Shown: piece by piece, positions 26,079 to 36,931 of the stretch
Position numbering within the stretch: the stretch's first letter is position 1
How the letters are laid out: every line of letters begins with the position of its first letter
From: an uncultured Gammaproteobacteria bacterium
GTDB taxonomy: Bacteria; Patescibacteriota; Microgenomatia; UBA8517
Assembly (NCBI GenBank): GCA_964599625.1
Contig: CAZRGC010000002.1
Span: forward strand, 7,883-71,882
Length of the DNA: 64,000 nucleotides
Direction: 5' to 3'
The notes under the pieces: generated by a model
The model's input: the letters and a program-made list of their open reading frames with translations, nothing else
What the model was told of the DNA's origin: nothing
Databases searched by the model: none
Translations under genes and position numbers: made by a program

Positions 26079-26507
26079 TTAATTAAATCTGTCCCAAAAC
26101 CCTTTTTTCTTGTTTTCGCTTGTTTCCTCTTGAGTTTTTTTGCTAACGAACCTTCCTCCGGGACCTCTAACAACTCTCGTTTGGGGGGTGTTGGGATCTT
26201 CTAGCTCTTCCTGTTCTTTACTTAGCTCTTCTACAACTTCTTCTGCTTCTTCAACCTCTTTTTTATATTCCTCTTTGTCCTGGAACAGATCCCTCTCTTT
26301 CGCCTTTTCGACTTTTTCCAGTTTGGCTTTCTTGGCTTGTGCCGCAGACTTTTCGAGATTTTCAAAATGTTTGTCGATTGCAGACCTTAGTTTGTTCTCT
26401 GAAGACTCACGAAATATCACCATCTCTGCTCTGTTTCTGGCAATGAAAACTATATCATCACCATTTAGTGATTGCGAAATACTGTAACCTTTGTATGAAT
26501 TAGCCAT
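26079..26507 (-). CDS. hypothetical protein with acidic coiled-coil region
   Basis: 142 aa; KEEYKKEVEEAEEVVEELSKEQEELED. Confidence 0.45.
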   Translation of the reverse strand: MANSYKGYSISQSLNGDDIVFIARNRAEMVIFRESSENKLRSAIDKHFENLEKSAAQAKKAKLEKVEKAKERDLFQDKEEYKKEVEEAEEVVEELSKEQEELEDPNTPQTRVVRGPGGRFVSKKTQEETSENKKKGFWDRFN

Positions 26508-26516
26508 AATTAACTA

Positions 26517-29462
26517 TTAAGTGATAATTGTGTCAGATGTTCTAACGATAGAAACAGTCATACCGGTTGATGTCACAGTCGAGTCGGATTCGTAAGGCAA
26601 AATAGGGGAGCTGCCCGCGGTTGACCTTCTGGCACGGACCCTTACAGGAATATCTGCGCTATAAGTAATTGTTGCAGCCTCTGTTCCGGGTGTTCCATCG
26701 GATCCTGTTATCTCGTATGAATCAAGCATTGGAACATACCATGTATCTTGGGGAGATGTTGTTGTTGCAACAGGTAGGACGTTTAGTTTGATATTGTCAC
26801 CAGTTGTTTGTGATGCAATGGCGGGGGAGATGGTGACCGTATTGTTGTCTGTAATAACCGTAATATAGGAAACTGCGTTTCCGCGGGTAACGTTTACTAC
26901 GATATCTCCTACCTTGGAGCTTGCGAAAGCACCGGTTTCCACGATGGTTGTTGTGTTTGTGCCTGAATCAGCTGCGGCAATGTCGCTACTGGCCAAGGTA
27001 AATGTTGTACCGGTCCAACTTGAAAAACGAATACGATATTCTGCATTTGCGGATGTGTCAACAAGCCTTATAACACCACCTGCACTTCTACCTGGTTCAT
27101 CAACCGTAATTGAGGAGCCCATTACCGCGGTTGTTGCCAAAGCAGATTGAACTGTGGCGTTGTACCTGTTTTTGATAATGTTTCCACCTGAGCCGTCGAG
27201 CCTAAAGACTGCAATCTTATCTCCAGACCTAGTGTTACTTACAGTAAGTGTGACTTTGGTTGGGGCAACCACCACGTTGTTGTTGTCGTCTGTGAGCTGG
27301 AAGTTGTTGAGGTCGGAGTTAAGATAATCTGTAAGAACAAGTCCGGGTGCACAGAAAAACTTTCCTCCTGCGAAAGTGCCCATGGGGGCAGCTGCAACTG
27401 GGGTGATAGATGCAACCGGGGTGGCGCCGGTGATTGTAACGTAATTTGATCCGTCGACTTGTATGTTATTTGTTTGATTAAATGTTCCTCTGGCATTTCT
27501 AAGAATAAGTATTTTGTCTGTTGTATTGTGATTGACAACAGTTCCTGTGTATCCTGTAGAAACTTGAGTAACTGTTGCACCATCTGCAATTGACCCTGTA
27601 ATGGTGTCATAAATAATACGAGTGTCGCTTCCCAAATAAAATTGGCCTTCTATGGTTTGTGATCCGGAATCAATATCTGCGCTTGATCCGCGTCTGGTGA
27701 TGTATTTTGTCCATTGATAAACCTTACCCAACGAATTTTGATTGCAGTCAAGTGTTATGGAATAATTTTCTGGGGTTCCGTTTTCGTCAATGTCGTTTGA
27801 ACCACCTGTCGAAAGACCTCCAAAAGTAAGAGTGGGAGGTGTGCCACTTTCAAAGAATGTGGTGCCCGATGTTGTTGCTGGTCCTGCGTCTGCTGGCGTG
27901 CCAGCCGTACAGGTTCCGTCACCATCTGCTGTACCTGTGTATTCCACTACAGAATCGGAGTTTGCAAAGTCTGTGATTGGATCACCAAGGAGATAGTACG
28001 TAAGAACTGGCGATGCACCGGTTCCACCAACTGCTGTAAGTTTGCCGCGCTTTGTGGCAGCTGCCCAGCTTGCGCCTACATATATGTAATTACCAGAGTT
28101 GAATGTTCCGGATCCGGATGAGCCGGTGAATGACCTGTAACCCGTTTGATTATCCAAGTCGTTACCCGTCTGCAGAGGGATAGGGTTACGTCCTCCGGAA
28201 GTAAGATCCACTGAATAGTAGGAATAAGTCTTACTATATTGACGCGCATAAACGTAAATATAACCTTCGTCTGTTTCGGTTCCAAGTTCTTTTACGTTTA
28301 CCAAAATATCGATGTGGTCTGTTGTAAGTCCTGTTGTTTGGTCGCTCCACCAATCGGTTGTGCCTTTGTAGGCCAAAAGGTTGCTTCCGTTTTGTCTGAT
28401 GTAAATATGTGAATAGGTTTCAATTGTACCGATGGAGTAAATGTTTGCCCAAAGTGATTCTCCACCGGAAACTGCAGCTGTCGCTTGTGTTACAGAACCA
28501 GTGCCTCCAATGAAACCTTGATCAAGTACTGGGTTTGTAGAATATGCACCCGCCACAAGTGCCCTAATGTAAAAAAGACTTTGTGACCCGTTAAGGGATG
28601 TTGCGGCCCAATCGGTTGGTACTGTAAATGTTAATACTTTTCCGTCTCCAACTGATGCTGTAAAACCTGTTGTACCGTCTGATACTCCGGACAAAGCAGC
28701 CCAAGTTGAGCCATTCCAATATTGCCAGGTAACGCTTCCTCCAACTCCCGCTGTTCCGTTGGCATAGTCAAAAATAACTTTTTTAAACTTTTGTGAATAT
28801 CCAATGGCACAATAGTCAGACGTATCCTCTGAAGCGGGGAACACCTGCCAGTCACCGTTGCCTGCCGAGTTAGCATCTGTTGATTCATCTACAAATGTTG
28901 TGTTATCCACCTGCCAAACTTGGCTTATCGCAGCGTTTGACACGGCAACAGTACCGGAAGTCGAATCCCAATCATTGGCGGATGCATTGCTGTCTGGCCT
29001 TATCCACATAACTTTGGGGGAAAGTACTGTATTGAAGTCCAAAAGTGTTCCCGAATCGCCACCTGTTGCGTTTGTAATTGTTCTGCCTATATCGGTCGTA
29101 TCAAAATCTGTACCTGTAGTGTAAGTTGCACGGACAATGCCTGTGTTGGTTCCAGTAACTCTGTCCCACGAAGCGGTCTTGAGAGCGCCGCCTGTAAGGT
29201 GTTCTACGGTGGTCCTATCAATAAACCATGGATCTTTGTCTCCTGCATCGATAATGCCGATTGTGTACTCTGTTGGTGTCTGTGCACTCATGGGAACACC
29301 GTCGTCCATTTGGCCCAAATCATCAAACAAATCCTGGAGAGCAGAGTAGAGTTGGTTCACGGTTCTAGTGCCGGTGGAAGAACCTGTCCATTCTATCCTC
29401 TTTTGTCGATTTTCCGCACTGTAATAGACTGTGAAGTCACCTGAGAGTATTGTGTCGGCCAT
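26517..29462 (-). CDS. giant Ser/Thr/Gly-rich surface or tail-fibre-like protein (G0)
   Basis: 981 aa; shares the WQYWNGSTWAALSGVSDGTTGF module with G3 (38541..42017). Confidence 0.65.
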   Translation of the reverse strand: MADTILSGDFTVYYSAENRQKRIEWTGSSTGTRTVNQLYSALQDLFDDLGQMDDGVPMSAQTPTEYTIGIIDAGDKDPWFIDRTTVEHLTGGALKTASWDRVTGTNTGIVRATYTTGTDFDTTDIGRTITNATGGDSGTLLDFNTVLSPKVMWIRPDSNASANDWDSTSGTVAVSNAAISQVWQVDNTTFVDESTDANSAGNGDWQVFPASEDTSDYCAIGYSQKFKKVIFDYANGTAGVGGSVTWQYWNGSTWAALSGVSDGTTGFTASVGDGKVLTFTVPTDWAATSLNGSQSLFYIRALVAGAYSTNPVLDQGFIGGTGSVTQATAAVSGGESLWANIYSIGTIETYSHIYIRQNGSNLLAYKGTTDWWSDQTTGLTTDHIDILVNVKELGTETDEGYIYVYARQYSKTYSYYSVDLTSGGRNPIPLQTGNDLDNQTGYRSFTGSSGSGTFNSGNYIYVGASWAAATKRGKLTAVGGTGASPVLTYYLLGDPITDFANSDSVVEYTGTADGDGTCTAGTPADAGPATTSGTTFFESGTPPTLTFGGLSTGGSNDIDENGTPENYSITLDCNQNSLGKVYQWTKYITRRGSSADIDSGSQTIEGQFYLGSDTRIIYDTITGSIADGATVTQVSTGYTGTVVNHNTTDKILILRNARGTFNQTNNIQVDGSNYVTITGATPVASITPVAAAPMGTFAGGKFFCAPGLVLTDYLNSDLNNFQLTDDNNNVVVAPTKVTLTVSNTRSGDKIAVFRLDGSGGNIIKNRYNATVQSALATTAVMGSSITVDEPGRSAGGVIRLVDTSANAEYRIRFSSWTGTTFTLASSDIAAADSGTNTTTIVETGAFASSKVGDIVVNVTRGNAVSYITVITDNNTVTISPAIASQTTGDNIKLNVLPVATTTSPQDTWYVPMLDSYEITGSDGTPGTEAATITYSADIPVRVRARRSTAGSSPILPYESDSTVTSTGMTVSIVRTSDTIIT

Positions 29463-29721
29463 AATTCTTGATAGAACCGCACTCCCGTTACATGGCAGTG
29501 AAGTCTAAAAAGAGTATATGTAAGCGGCAGAAAGGGTGTCAATAGGGTTTAACTATTAGCACCGAAATTGACATATTAGAGTAGGAATTGATATAGATTT
29601 TCTTTAACTTTTTGCGGTAATTTTTTCACCAAAAAGCTATTTATTTTTCAAAAAAATTTTTTTTGGACTTTGAGTTGTTGCAAAACCTGATACATTTGTG
29701 CCGAGAAAGATGCAGATATAG

Positions 29722-32025
29722 TTATGCCGTAGTATCTTCTATTAAAGTTATTGTGGTTGTGAATCCGGAAGATGTAATTGTTCCGGTTGTTGACGCGGGG
29801 TAATACTTTGTGTCCCCGGTTGAGGATTTTCTTACTCTGATATAAATATCTGTGTCCGATGTGTAATTAAATGTTTCTGTGGCAATCCCCGAGGCGTTTG
29901 TGTCTTCGTTCATGAGTTGCAAAGCATCGCTGGATTGATAGATGGCTGTTTGTGCGTTTTCAACGGGAGAGTTGTTTGCATCTACTACGGTTACCTTCAA
30001 AGTAACGGCATTATTTTTAACAATTGTCGCACCAGCCGTCCTAACACTTGGAGTACTTCCGCCGCCTGTTACATTAATTGTTACAGTACCGCTTGCTATG
30101 TTTACATAAATTGCTTCATTTCCGGTTGACCCGTCGGTTCCTGCGTATCCACTGAAAGTGTTTCCATCAAAGTCGAAAGCACCTGCTGTCCCAGACACCT
30201 CAATGGCGTGTCCTGTGCCACTGCTTACGAAGGAACAATTTGTTATATTTTCAAGGTCTGAAACTGTGGCTGAGGTGACTTTTGTGTTTGTAAACGTACA
30301 ATTATTTAAGACTGCTGAATTCTGAGTAAATGTAGTGCAGTTAATAAACGACACGGTGTCTAGTGTAACTGTTGATCTAAGTGTGACTGTGGCGTTGACG
30401 ACAGAAGTGCCAAGAAAATTTACATCCGCACTCGCCGAATGTGAGGAGTTGAAGCGCCAGTAGTAAGACGAGTCCGACACAAACAAACAGTTGGTGAAAT
30501 GTAGTAGGTCGTTTGAATCTACCCCATAGAATTCCACTCCAAGGGAGTTGTTGTTGACATGGAAGTCGACATAATCTGTTTCATCAGCCTGTGTAGGCCA
30601 CTGGAATGTTTTCAAGTTGCAAGAAATGCCAATGCTCGCGACCCCGCCAAACTGGAGTGGAATCCAGATTTGTCCCAAAGCACCGGTTTGTTGGATCACG
30701 GGAATGTTTCCGCAACCAGAGTTAACCATTGTTACTAAATCATTAAAATTGAACGGATTGGTGGTTGTTCCTCCTGCGATTACAGCTGTTCTGAGTTCCC
30801 AAAGTTCGTTCCAAAGAACAGAAGGTGCTCCGTAATATCCTGATGAGCCGAAAGCAAGGTAATCCAACGACGCAAAATCCGCGGTTCCTGCAGAGTCGTA
30901 TTGTGTGCTGGTGTAGCTTGGCTCAATCAAAAAGTTGTTGCGGGCACCAGGGTTGTCTGTCTTACTAAACTGCCCACCCACAACCCAGGCTCGCCAATTA
31001 CCTGAAGTTGAACCTAAAATAATATATTTTCCACCCTGAACAGCCTTCCCTGTGTCTACATAGTCTCGTGGAGCCAGATGCAGGTATGTTCCAAATATTA
31101 AGTCCCCAGTTGTTACATCGATAGGCGAAGCACGGTTCAGTTCTACATGGTTGAGGTTCGTTGTAGATGAAGCCCCTGCATTCCTCATTGATCCTCGAAA
31201 CGGATTGTAACCAGAATCGGCGGTTGTGGCGACGGCCACACCTGTGACAGTCTTGCCTGCAACAGATGTTATGGCAATGCTGACTGCAGCTATATAAGTA
31301 CCAATATCGGGACCGGTGTCACCCGTAGTTCCCGTTAATGATGATATAAGCACAGATGGGGTGACTGAGAGCGGGATATAGGGTGGCTTGATTGTTCCGC
31401 TTGATCCATCGCGGATTTCTATAATCTGACCTCTTCCGTCATCAGCAGTTGCTCCCCACAGAGAAGGAGCAGAAACTACTGTTGAGGCAGATGGAACAAA
31501 AGAGTAAGCAGCAGCAAGCCCACCAGCTGCTACGTCGATTGCGGCAAGATTCACCCAAGGCGGCAAGTGTGATGTACCAGCTGTTGTATCCTGATTCCTT
31601 GAATGAATAACTATGGAATTATCATAAGCGGTTGTAAGTCCAACCCCTGTAAATGGTAGAGTGGAGCTATCTGAACTTTGCCGGGCAGAGGTTGGGATGG
31701 CATCAGCAACGGTTGAGCCGTAAACATCTTTAACAGCGATAATGATTCCGGCACAAGTTTCGCTTGTGAGAGTAAAGGTAACTGTCTCTGAAGAAGATGT
31801 TGCGCGTTTTGCCCATATTCCACCAGCCGAACCCGCAGTTGTCCCGCTTTGTATATTAGTCCATCCACCGGGGGTGGAGAAGTTTGCTGCCGTGTCTTTG
31901 CCAAGACATGCAACCAAAAGATCGCCAGTCTGGTGCTCCGGCATCTCCATTACCATGTTTGCAGTAGCGGTAGAGTAGAGCGTAAAAGCTGTGTCGCGTA
32001 TCTCAGCCATATTTAAAAAAATCAT
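29722..32025 (-). CDS. giant beta-helix surface protein paralog G1
   Basis: 767 aa; N-domain (GDLLVACLGKD ... GGIWAKRATSSSET); NC-containing beta-helix repeats (FTNCLFVSDSSYYWRF); conserved C-terminal module ending YIRVRKSSTGDTKYYP ... TITLIEDTTA. Confidence 0.7.
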   Translation of the reverse strand: MIFLNMAEIRDTAFTLYSTATANMVMEMPEHQTGDLLVACLGKDTAANFSTPGGWTNIQSGTTAGSAGGIWAKRATSSSETVTFTLTSETCAGIIIAVKDVYGSTVADAIPTSARQSSDSSTLPFTGVGLTTAYDNSIVIHSRNQDTTAGTSHLPPWVNLAAIDVAAGGLAAAYSFVPSASTVVSAPSLWGATADDGRGQIIEIRDGSSGTIKPPYIPLSVTPSVLISSLTGTTGDTGPDIGTYIAAVSIAITSVAGKTVTGVAVATTADSGYNPFRGSMRNAGASSTTNLNHVELNRASPIDVTTGDLIFGTYLHLAPRDYVDTGKAVQGGKYIILGSTSGNWRAWVVGGQFSKTDNPGARNNFLIEPSYTSTQYDSAGTADFASLDYLAFGSSGYYGAPSVLWNELWELRTAVIAGGTTTNPFNFNDLVTMVNSGCGNIPVIQQTGALGQIWIPLQFGGVASIGISCNLKTFQWPTQADETDYVDFHVNNNSLGVEFYGVDSNDLLHFTNCLFVSDSSYYWRFNSSHSASADVNFLGTSVVNATVTLRSTVTLDTVSFINCTTFTQNSAVLNNCTFTNTKVTSATVSDLENITNCSFVSSGTGHAIEVSGTAGAFDFDGNTFSGYAGTDGSTGNEAIYVNIASGTVTINVTGGGSTPSVRTAGATIVKNNAVTLKVTVVDANNSPVENAQTAIYQSSDALQLMNEDTNASGIATETFNYTSDTDIYIRVRKSSTGDTKYYPASTTGTITSSGFTTTITLIEDTTA

Positions 32026-32068
32026 AGCACAAATTGTTGGCTCGATATGCTAAGTTATTGTTGCAAAA

Positions 32069-33697
32069 ATGATGGACAATTTTTCAGTCAGACTTAGAGT
32101 TGCCCTGCTCCTGGCTTCTGCACTAATTCCTGCACTAATATTCATTGGAGGAGGTGTTTACTATCGTTATTCTGATGCTTCTGGTAATGCAATAAAGGAA
32201 CTATCCAACTCTTCAAGAAATTTCTCAAAAGAACAAGCGCAAAATATCGAAGGTGCAAGACAACTTCTTGTTGCTGTTTCGCAAACACCGCAAATAACAA
32301 TGTTTGATAAGAGAATGTGTGGGAACTATCTCGCGACTTTGTTAAATAATTTTTCCAGATATGCGAATTTTGGTGTTGCGGCAACAAATGGAGATGTAAT
32401 ATGCTCCGCAGTTCCTATTGATTTGCCTGTCAATGTAAAAGACAAGTTGTATTTCAAAAAAGTTTTAAACTCCAAAACTTTTAGCGTTGGAGAGTATAGC
32501 ATTGGAAACATTACAGGCAAGCCTGTCTTAAATTTTGGTTACCCAATACTAAACTCTAATGGTGCTTTGATTGGGGTGGTTTTTTCTTCACTCGACCTCG
32601 GTTGGATGAATGATTTCTTGTCTGCGAGTTTGGAAGGTGAAGATACTGTGCTTATGGTTCTTGATCATGAAGGCACTATAATGGCGAGAAATATAGATCC
32701 GGGTTTGTGGATAGGTAAATCGTTTGCAAAAGATCCACTTTTTCAAAAAATATTACAAAAAGGCGGGGGAGCCACCGATCTTGTGGGAATTGACGGAATA
32801 AAACGGCTTTACGCTTTTCAGAAGCTTGGAGAATCTGATTCGGCATATGTTGTTGTTGGTAAAACTCAAAACGAGGTATTTAAGGGGGCAATATCCAGCC
32901 TAAAGACAAGTTTGTTGGTGGTTCTGTTAATGGGAATTATGATTGCAGTTGTTTCGTACAGGATTGGAAACATTTTTATAATAAAAAAGATTGAAGATTT
33001 ACAGGAGATAGACAGGTTAAAAAGTGAGTTCGTCTCAATCGCATCTCACCAGTTAAGGACGCCCCTTTCTGCCATAAACTGGTTTTTGGAACTATTGGAT
33101 GATGAAAAAAATAAACTGACAACCTATCAAAAGAAAATTGTTAGGAATATTAAGGAGTCAAACGGAAGGATGATTGATCTCGTGGAATCGCTTTTGAATG
33201 TGTCCAGAATTGAGTCAAAAAAGTTAAAAGTTGAGCGTGCCGAGGTTGAAGTAAACAAAGAAGTTAAAAAAGTTGTGGATGCAGTTTCCCCAAAGACGAT
33301 AATGAAAAAACAACGGTTCGTGTTCAAACCCAATTCAGCCCGGCTGCTTATTGATGTAGACCCAAAACTTTTCTTTCAGATTGTGAACAACATAGTCACA
33401 AACGCTATCAAATACACACCGCCAAAAGGAAAAATAATTGTTAACGTTTCCTCCAAAAATTCCCGTGCGGTTGTCAAAGTTGCAGATAGTGGTTATGGTA
33501 TTTCAAAACAAGATAAAGGTAAAATTTTTCAGAAATTTTTCAGAGGAGCAAATATTTCCGGTCGCGATATCGAAGGGACAGGTCTTGGGCTTTTTATAGC
33601 AAAGTCAATCGCCGAAGAAATGGGTGGAAAAGTTACTTTTACAAGTACAGAAGGAAAAGGGTCGACATTTTACATTTCATTCCCAGTGCAATCTTAA
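32069..33697 (+). CDS. sensor histidine kinase with periplasmic double-Cache-like domain (HK1)
   Basis: TM, Cache-like sensor, TM, HisKA (IASHQLRTPLSAINWF), HATPase (ADSGYGIS ... GTGLGLFIAKSI). Confidence 0.85.
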   Translation: MMDNFSVRLRVALLLASALIPALIFIGGGVYYRYSDASGNAIKELSNSSRNFSKEQAQNIEGARQLLVAVSQTPQITMFDKRMCGNYLATLLNNFSRYANFGVAATNGDVICSAVPIDLPVNVKDKLYFKKVLNSKTFSVGEYSIGNITGKPVLNFGYPILNSNGALIGVVFSSLDLGWMNDFLSASLEGEDTVLMVLDHEGTIMARNIDPGLWIGKSFAKDPLFQKILQKGGGATDLVGIDGIKRLYAFQKLGESDSAYVVVGKTQNEVFKGAISSLKTSLLVVLLMGIMIAVVSYRIGNIFIIKKIEDLQEIDRLKSEFVSIASHQLRTPLSAINWFLELLDDEKNKLTTYQKKIVRNIKESNGRMIDLVESLLNVSRIESKKLKVERAEVEVNKEVKKVVDAVSPKTIMKKQRFVFKPNSARLLIDVDPKLFFQIVNNIVTNAIKYTPPKGKIIVNVSSKNSRAVVKVADSGYGISKQDKGKIFQKFFRGANISGRDIEGTGLGLFIAKSIAEEMGGKVTFTSTEGKGSTFYISFPVQS

Positions 33698-33741
33698 TTG
33701 TTTTGAAACAAACGTTGTGGTAATTTTAGACAAGGGCAAAA

Positions 33742-34176
33742 ATGGCAGTCAAAAAACACAAAAAAATATCAGTACTCGTTGTAGAGGATGATAAAAATAT
33801 TGCAATTGCATATGAAATGAAATTTGCCAGAGTGGGTTTTAATGCGAAAATTGCAAATAGCGGGAGAGCAGCTTTTGAAGCATTAAAGAGTTTTAGTCCC
33901 GATGTGATAGTTTTAGATCTTATTATGCCGGTTATTGATGGATTCGAGGTTTTGAGGCAACTTAAAAATCATCCCCATCACAAAAAAATTCCAGTAATTG
34001 TTGCTTCAAATCTGGGCGGAGAAACAGATATAAATGAAGCTTATGAATTGGGGGCTGCAGAGTATATTGTCAAAACAAAATCAACGCTTGAAGATTTAGT
34101 ATCCAAAGTGAATCAGCTTGCAGAACAATATCAGGAAACAACAGTGTCTTCAATCAAAGTGACAGTTGCTGAATAG
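33742..34176 (+). CDS. single-domain response regulator (REC only, RR1)
   Basis: VLVVEDDKN ... DVIVLDLIMPVIDG ... receiver fold, no output domain; 3' end overlaps G2 convergently by 46 nt. Confidence 0.8.
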   Translation: MAVKKHKKISVLVVEDDKNIAIAYEMKFARVGFNAKIANSGRAAFEALKSFSPDVIVLDLIMPVIDGFEVLRQLKNHPHHKKIPVIVASNLGGETDINEAYELGAAEYIVKTKSTLEDLVSKVNQLAEQYQETTVSSIKVTVAE

Positions 34177-36479
34177 CCTGAGGATGTGACCGTACCCGAA
34201 GAACTGTTCACGAAATATTTTGTATCCCCAGTAGAAGATTTTCTAACTCTTATGTAAACATCGGTGTCTGACGTATAGTTGAATGACGCCTCGGCCACAC
34301 CACTCGCATTTGTCAGCTCATTCATAAGCTCTGCATCGTCACTATTTCTGTAAATTGCTGTTCTGGCATTTTGAATAATAAACCCAGCCTCGTCTTTGAC
34401 GGTTATCTTTAGTGTAACTGCATTGTTGATGATGGTTGAAGCACTCGCTCCATTTCTGTATGTGGGAGTATTGCCCCCACCTGTAATGTTAACAGTAACC
34501 GCTCCGCCGGAATCGTTGTAGATTGCAGCAGAAGTGGTTCCATCTGCTCCAAATCCGGTAAACGTATTTCCGGAGAACGAATAAGTTCCCGGGCTTGTGA
34601 TCCTGAATGCATGACCAGCAGAACTGGTTCCCTGAAAATTGCAATCAGAAAAGATGGAGGGGTCGGTAACCGAAGTCAAGTAATTTCCGGCGGACGTCGT
34701 GTCAACTCCAAATGTGCAACCATCGTATGTAGTTGAAGCATTTGATGTAAGACTGTTATTTACATTTGGGGGATCGGTTATCGTGGAATTGGTTAAGTCG
34801 CAGTTTGACGCATCAACGGTGGAGTTGATGAAAGACATAGAACTGAAAGTTGTCACATCTCTCAGGGTAACAAGTGCTCCGGCAACTGAAGTTCCGGAAA
34901 AATCCCATGCGGCACTGTTACTGGCGCTTGCGGCTATTCTCCAGTAGTATCTTGAGTCGGAAGTAAACACGCAGTTGGTGAAACTGCAGGTGTCGCCACT
35001 TCTAGCATCAAATTCCACCCCAACCTGATCTGTGTCAACATGCCAGTTACAAACCCGAGTTGTTGCGTTGTATGCAACCGGGAATTGGAACGTGCGTAGG
35101 TTTACATTTACATGAATTGGATCAACTCCGCCAAATTTAATAGGGTTCCAAATTGTTGCAGCAGATCCCTCTCTTTGTAAAATTGGATAAAGTGAAGATC
35201 CGTTTACAAATCCATCTACTACGCCTGTAAAATCCAAAGGAGTAGCAGAAGTCCCACCAGCGAGAGTTGCAACTCCGGAAACCATAAGGTATGACAAGTA
35301 TATTGACGTAGCCCCAAATGGGGAGGAGTGTGCTGCCATCAAAGTGTCGATTGCGTCGGCATTGAAGGTTCCACTTGAAGCCCATGATGTATCTGTAGAT
35401 TGTCCCGGCTGAATTGCAAAGAGATTTCTTCCGTCAGGTTTCGTTGTGGGAGAATCTTTTGCTCCAACTATCCAACTTTTGTAATCGTTCCCTGCATCAA
35501 GAAGGGTAAATGTTGTGCCTTTGTGGGCATCAAAAAAACCAAAGTCTACCCAGTCTCTGGGGGTGGTAAAAGCGAATGACGATAATAAATAATTACCCGA
35601 CCAATCTTGCGAGGAGAACCCGGCCTCTGCCCCGTATAAAGTATCTCCCGCGGGGTTTGCTACAGGAGAATTAAGGAAAGTACTCATATATGGGTTTATT
35701 CCACGATCTGTTGCATTTCCCAATGCGTCATAGGTTACAGTTTTACCCCCCATTGAGCTAATGGTTACCGATGCGGGTAGGGAAGTAAAAAACTCACCGG
35801 CGGTTGCGTTTGTAAACTGTGTTAAAAACTGCATCTGTGAATCTGCAACGTACCCGTGCACAATTGAGTTACTGCCGTCATCTCTAATTTCGATGGTGTG
35901 TATGAGGGCTGAATCGTTGATACGTCCATCGAAGTTAACATTAACACTACTTCCTGACGTGGGGTAGAATTTCCAAGCAATTCCGCATGAATTTGCACCA
36001 GCGTCACCATAGTAAAGCGCTTGGGATTCACCAGGCAGTGGCGTTGGCGATACGCCGCCATCAGAAGTAAATCCGTGAATAATTAAAGAGTTGTTCCATG
36101 TGGTTGTAATTGTTTGATTCTGTGTCCAAGGCCTGGTTGAGTCGATAGACGAAAGTGTTGCTGCGGGGTCCTGAGAGGTGTGTGCACCACGAATTACAAT
36201 TGTCACAATGTGGTATGTATCGAGTGCAAAAGTAAATGAAGCGGCTGTTTCGGAGGATCCTGTTGCACGTTTCCACCAGACCCCGCCCCATCCGCCACCA
36301 TCACTCGAACCCGTCAAATTGTTGTAACCTGAAGATGATGTCTCAGACATACTCCCAGTACCGTCTTTATTGGCAATTACCAATATGATGTCGTTGTTTG
36401 TGTGTGTTGGAATTGGAGCTGTGGCGGAGGTGGCAGTGGTTGTACCTTGAACTTCGTCTGATGAAAATATATAAGCCAT
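34131..36479 (-). CDS. giant beta-helix surface protein paralog G2
   Basis: 782 aa; same N-domain and C-terminal module as G1 (YIRVRKSSTGDTKYF ... TVTLIEDTVVS). Confidence 0.7.
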   Translation of the reverse strand: MAYIFSSDEVQGTTTATSATAPIPTHTNNDIILVIANKDGTGSMSETSSSGYNNLTGSSDGGGWGGVWWKRATGSSETAASFTFALDTYHIVTIVIRGAHTSQDPAATLSSIDSTRPWTQNQTITTTWNNSLIIHGFTSDGGVSPTPLPGESQALYYGDAGANSCGIAWKFYPTSGSSVNVNFDGRINDSALIHTIEIRDDGSNSIVHGYVADSQMQFLTQFTNATAGEFFTSLPASVTISSMGGKTVTYDALGNATDRGINPYMSTFLNSPVANPAGDTLYGAEAGFSSQDWSGNYLLSSFAFTTPRDWVDFGFFDAHKGTTFTLLDAGNDYKSWIVGAKDSPTTKPDGRNLFAIQPGQSTDTSWASSGTFNADAIDTLMAAHSSPFGATSIYLSYLMVSGVATLAGGTSATPLDFTGVVDGFVNGSSLYPILQREGSAATIWNPIKFGGVDPIHVNVNLRTFQFPVAYNATTRVCNWHVDTDQVGVEFDARSGDTCSFTNCVFTSDSRYYWRIAASASNSAAWDFSGTSVAGALVTLRDVTTFSSMSFINSTVDASNCDLTNSTITDPPNVNNSLTSNASTTYDGCTFGVDTTSAGNYLTSVTDPSIFSDCNFQGTSSAGHAFRITSPGTYSFSGNTFTGFGADGTTSAAIYNDSGGAVTVNITGGGNTPTYRNGASASTIINNAVTLKITVKDEAGFIIQNARTAIYRNSDDAELMNELTNASGVAEASFNYTSDTDVYIRVRKSSTGDTKYFVNSSSGTVTSSGYSATVTLIEDTVVS

Positions 36480-36517
36480 CTTTCAAAAAAAATAATAACA
36501 CGGGGAGTATACAAAGT

Positions 36518-36889
36518 TTAACCCTTAACGTTTCTTAGTGTTTTGGCCACGAGTTCGTCCAAATCCAAATCGCTTTTGACTATATAGTCTGTTGTCCCTG
36601 CGGTACCTTGTTCATCCTCTGGTAAATTACTTGCTACAATTACTGGTATTTTTCCCAATCTTTCGTCACTTTTTACACGTCTTAAAAATTCATACCCATC
36701 AATACCAGGAAGCAGTATATCAAGAACTATAACATCAGGAAGTTTTTTTTCAGTCTTCAAAAGCTCCAAACCTTCCTCGGCGGTTCTCACTGCATCAACT
36801 TTAAATTTCTTCTCTTCAAACTTATACTTCATGGCCTTGCCTATAAACTTATCGTCCTCGATTATTAAAACTTTTGGTGTTTTTTTCAT
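36518..36889 (-). CDS. single-domain response regulator (RR2)
   Basis: VLIIEDDKFIG ... DVIVLDILLPGIDG ... IPVIVASNL. Confidence 0.8.
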   Translation of the reverse strand: MKKTPKVLIIEDDKFIGKAMKYKFEEKKFKVDAVRTAEEGLELLKTEKKLPDVIVLDILLPGIDGYEFLRRVKSDERLGKIPVIVASNLPEDEQGTAGTTDYIVKSDLDLDELVAKTLRNVKG

Positions 36890-36931
36890 ATCAATGTATA
36901 TCTATTGTGTAGCAAATTTTAAACAAAATAC

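Noticed and set aside
23300-29462. Intact prophage
   Set aside because: Only fibre or tailspike-like proteins are present. No capsid, portal, terminase, integrase or lysis genes are recognisable.
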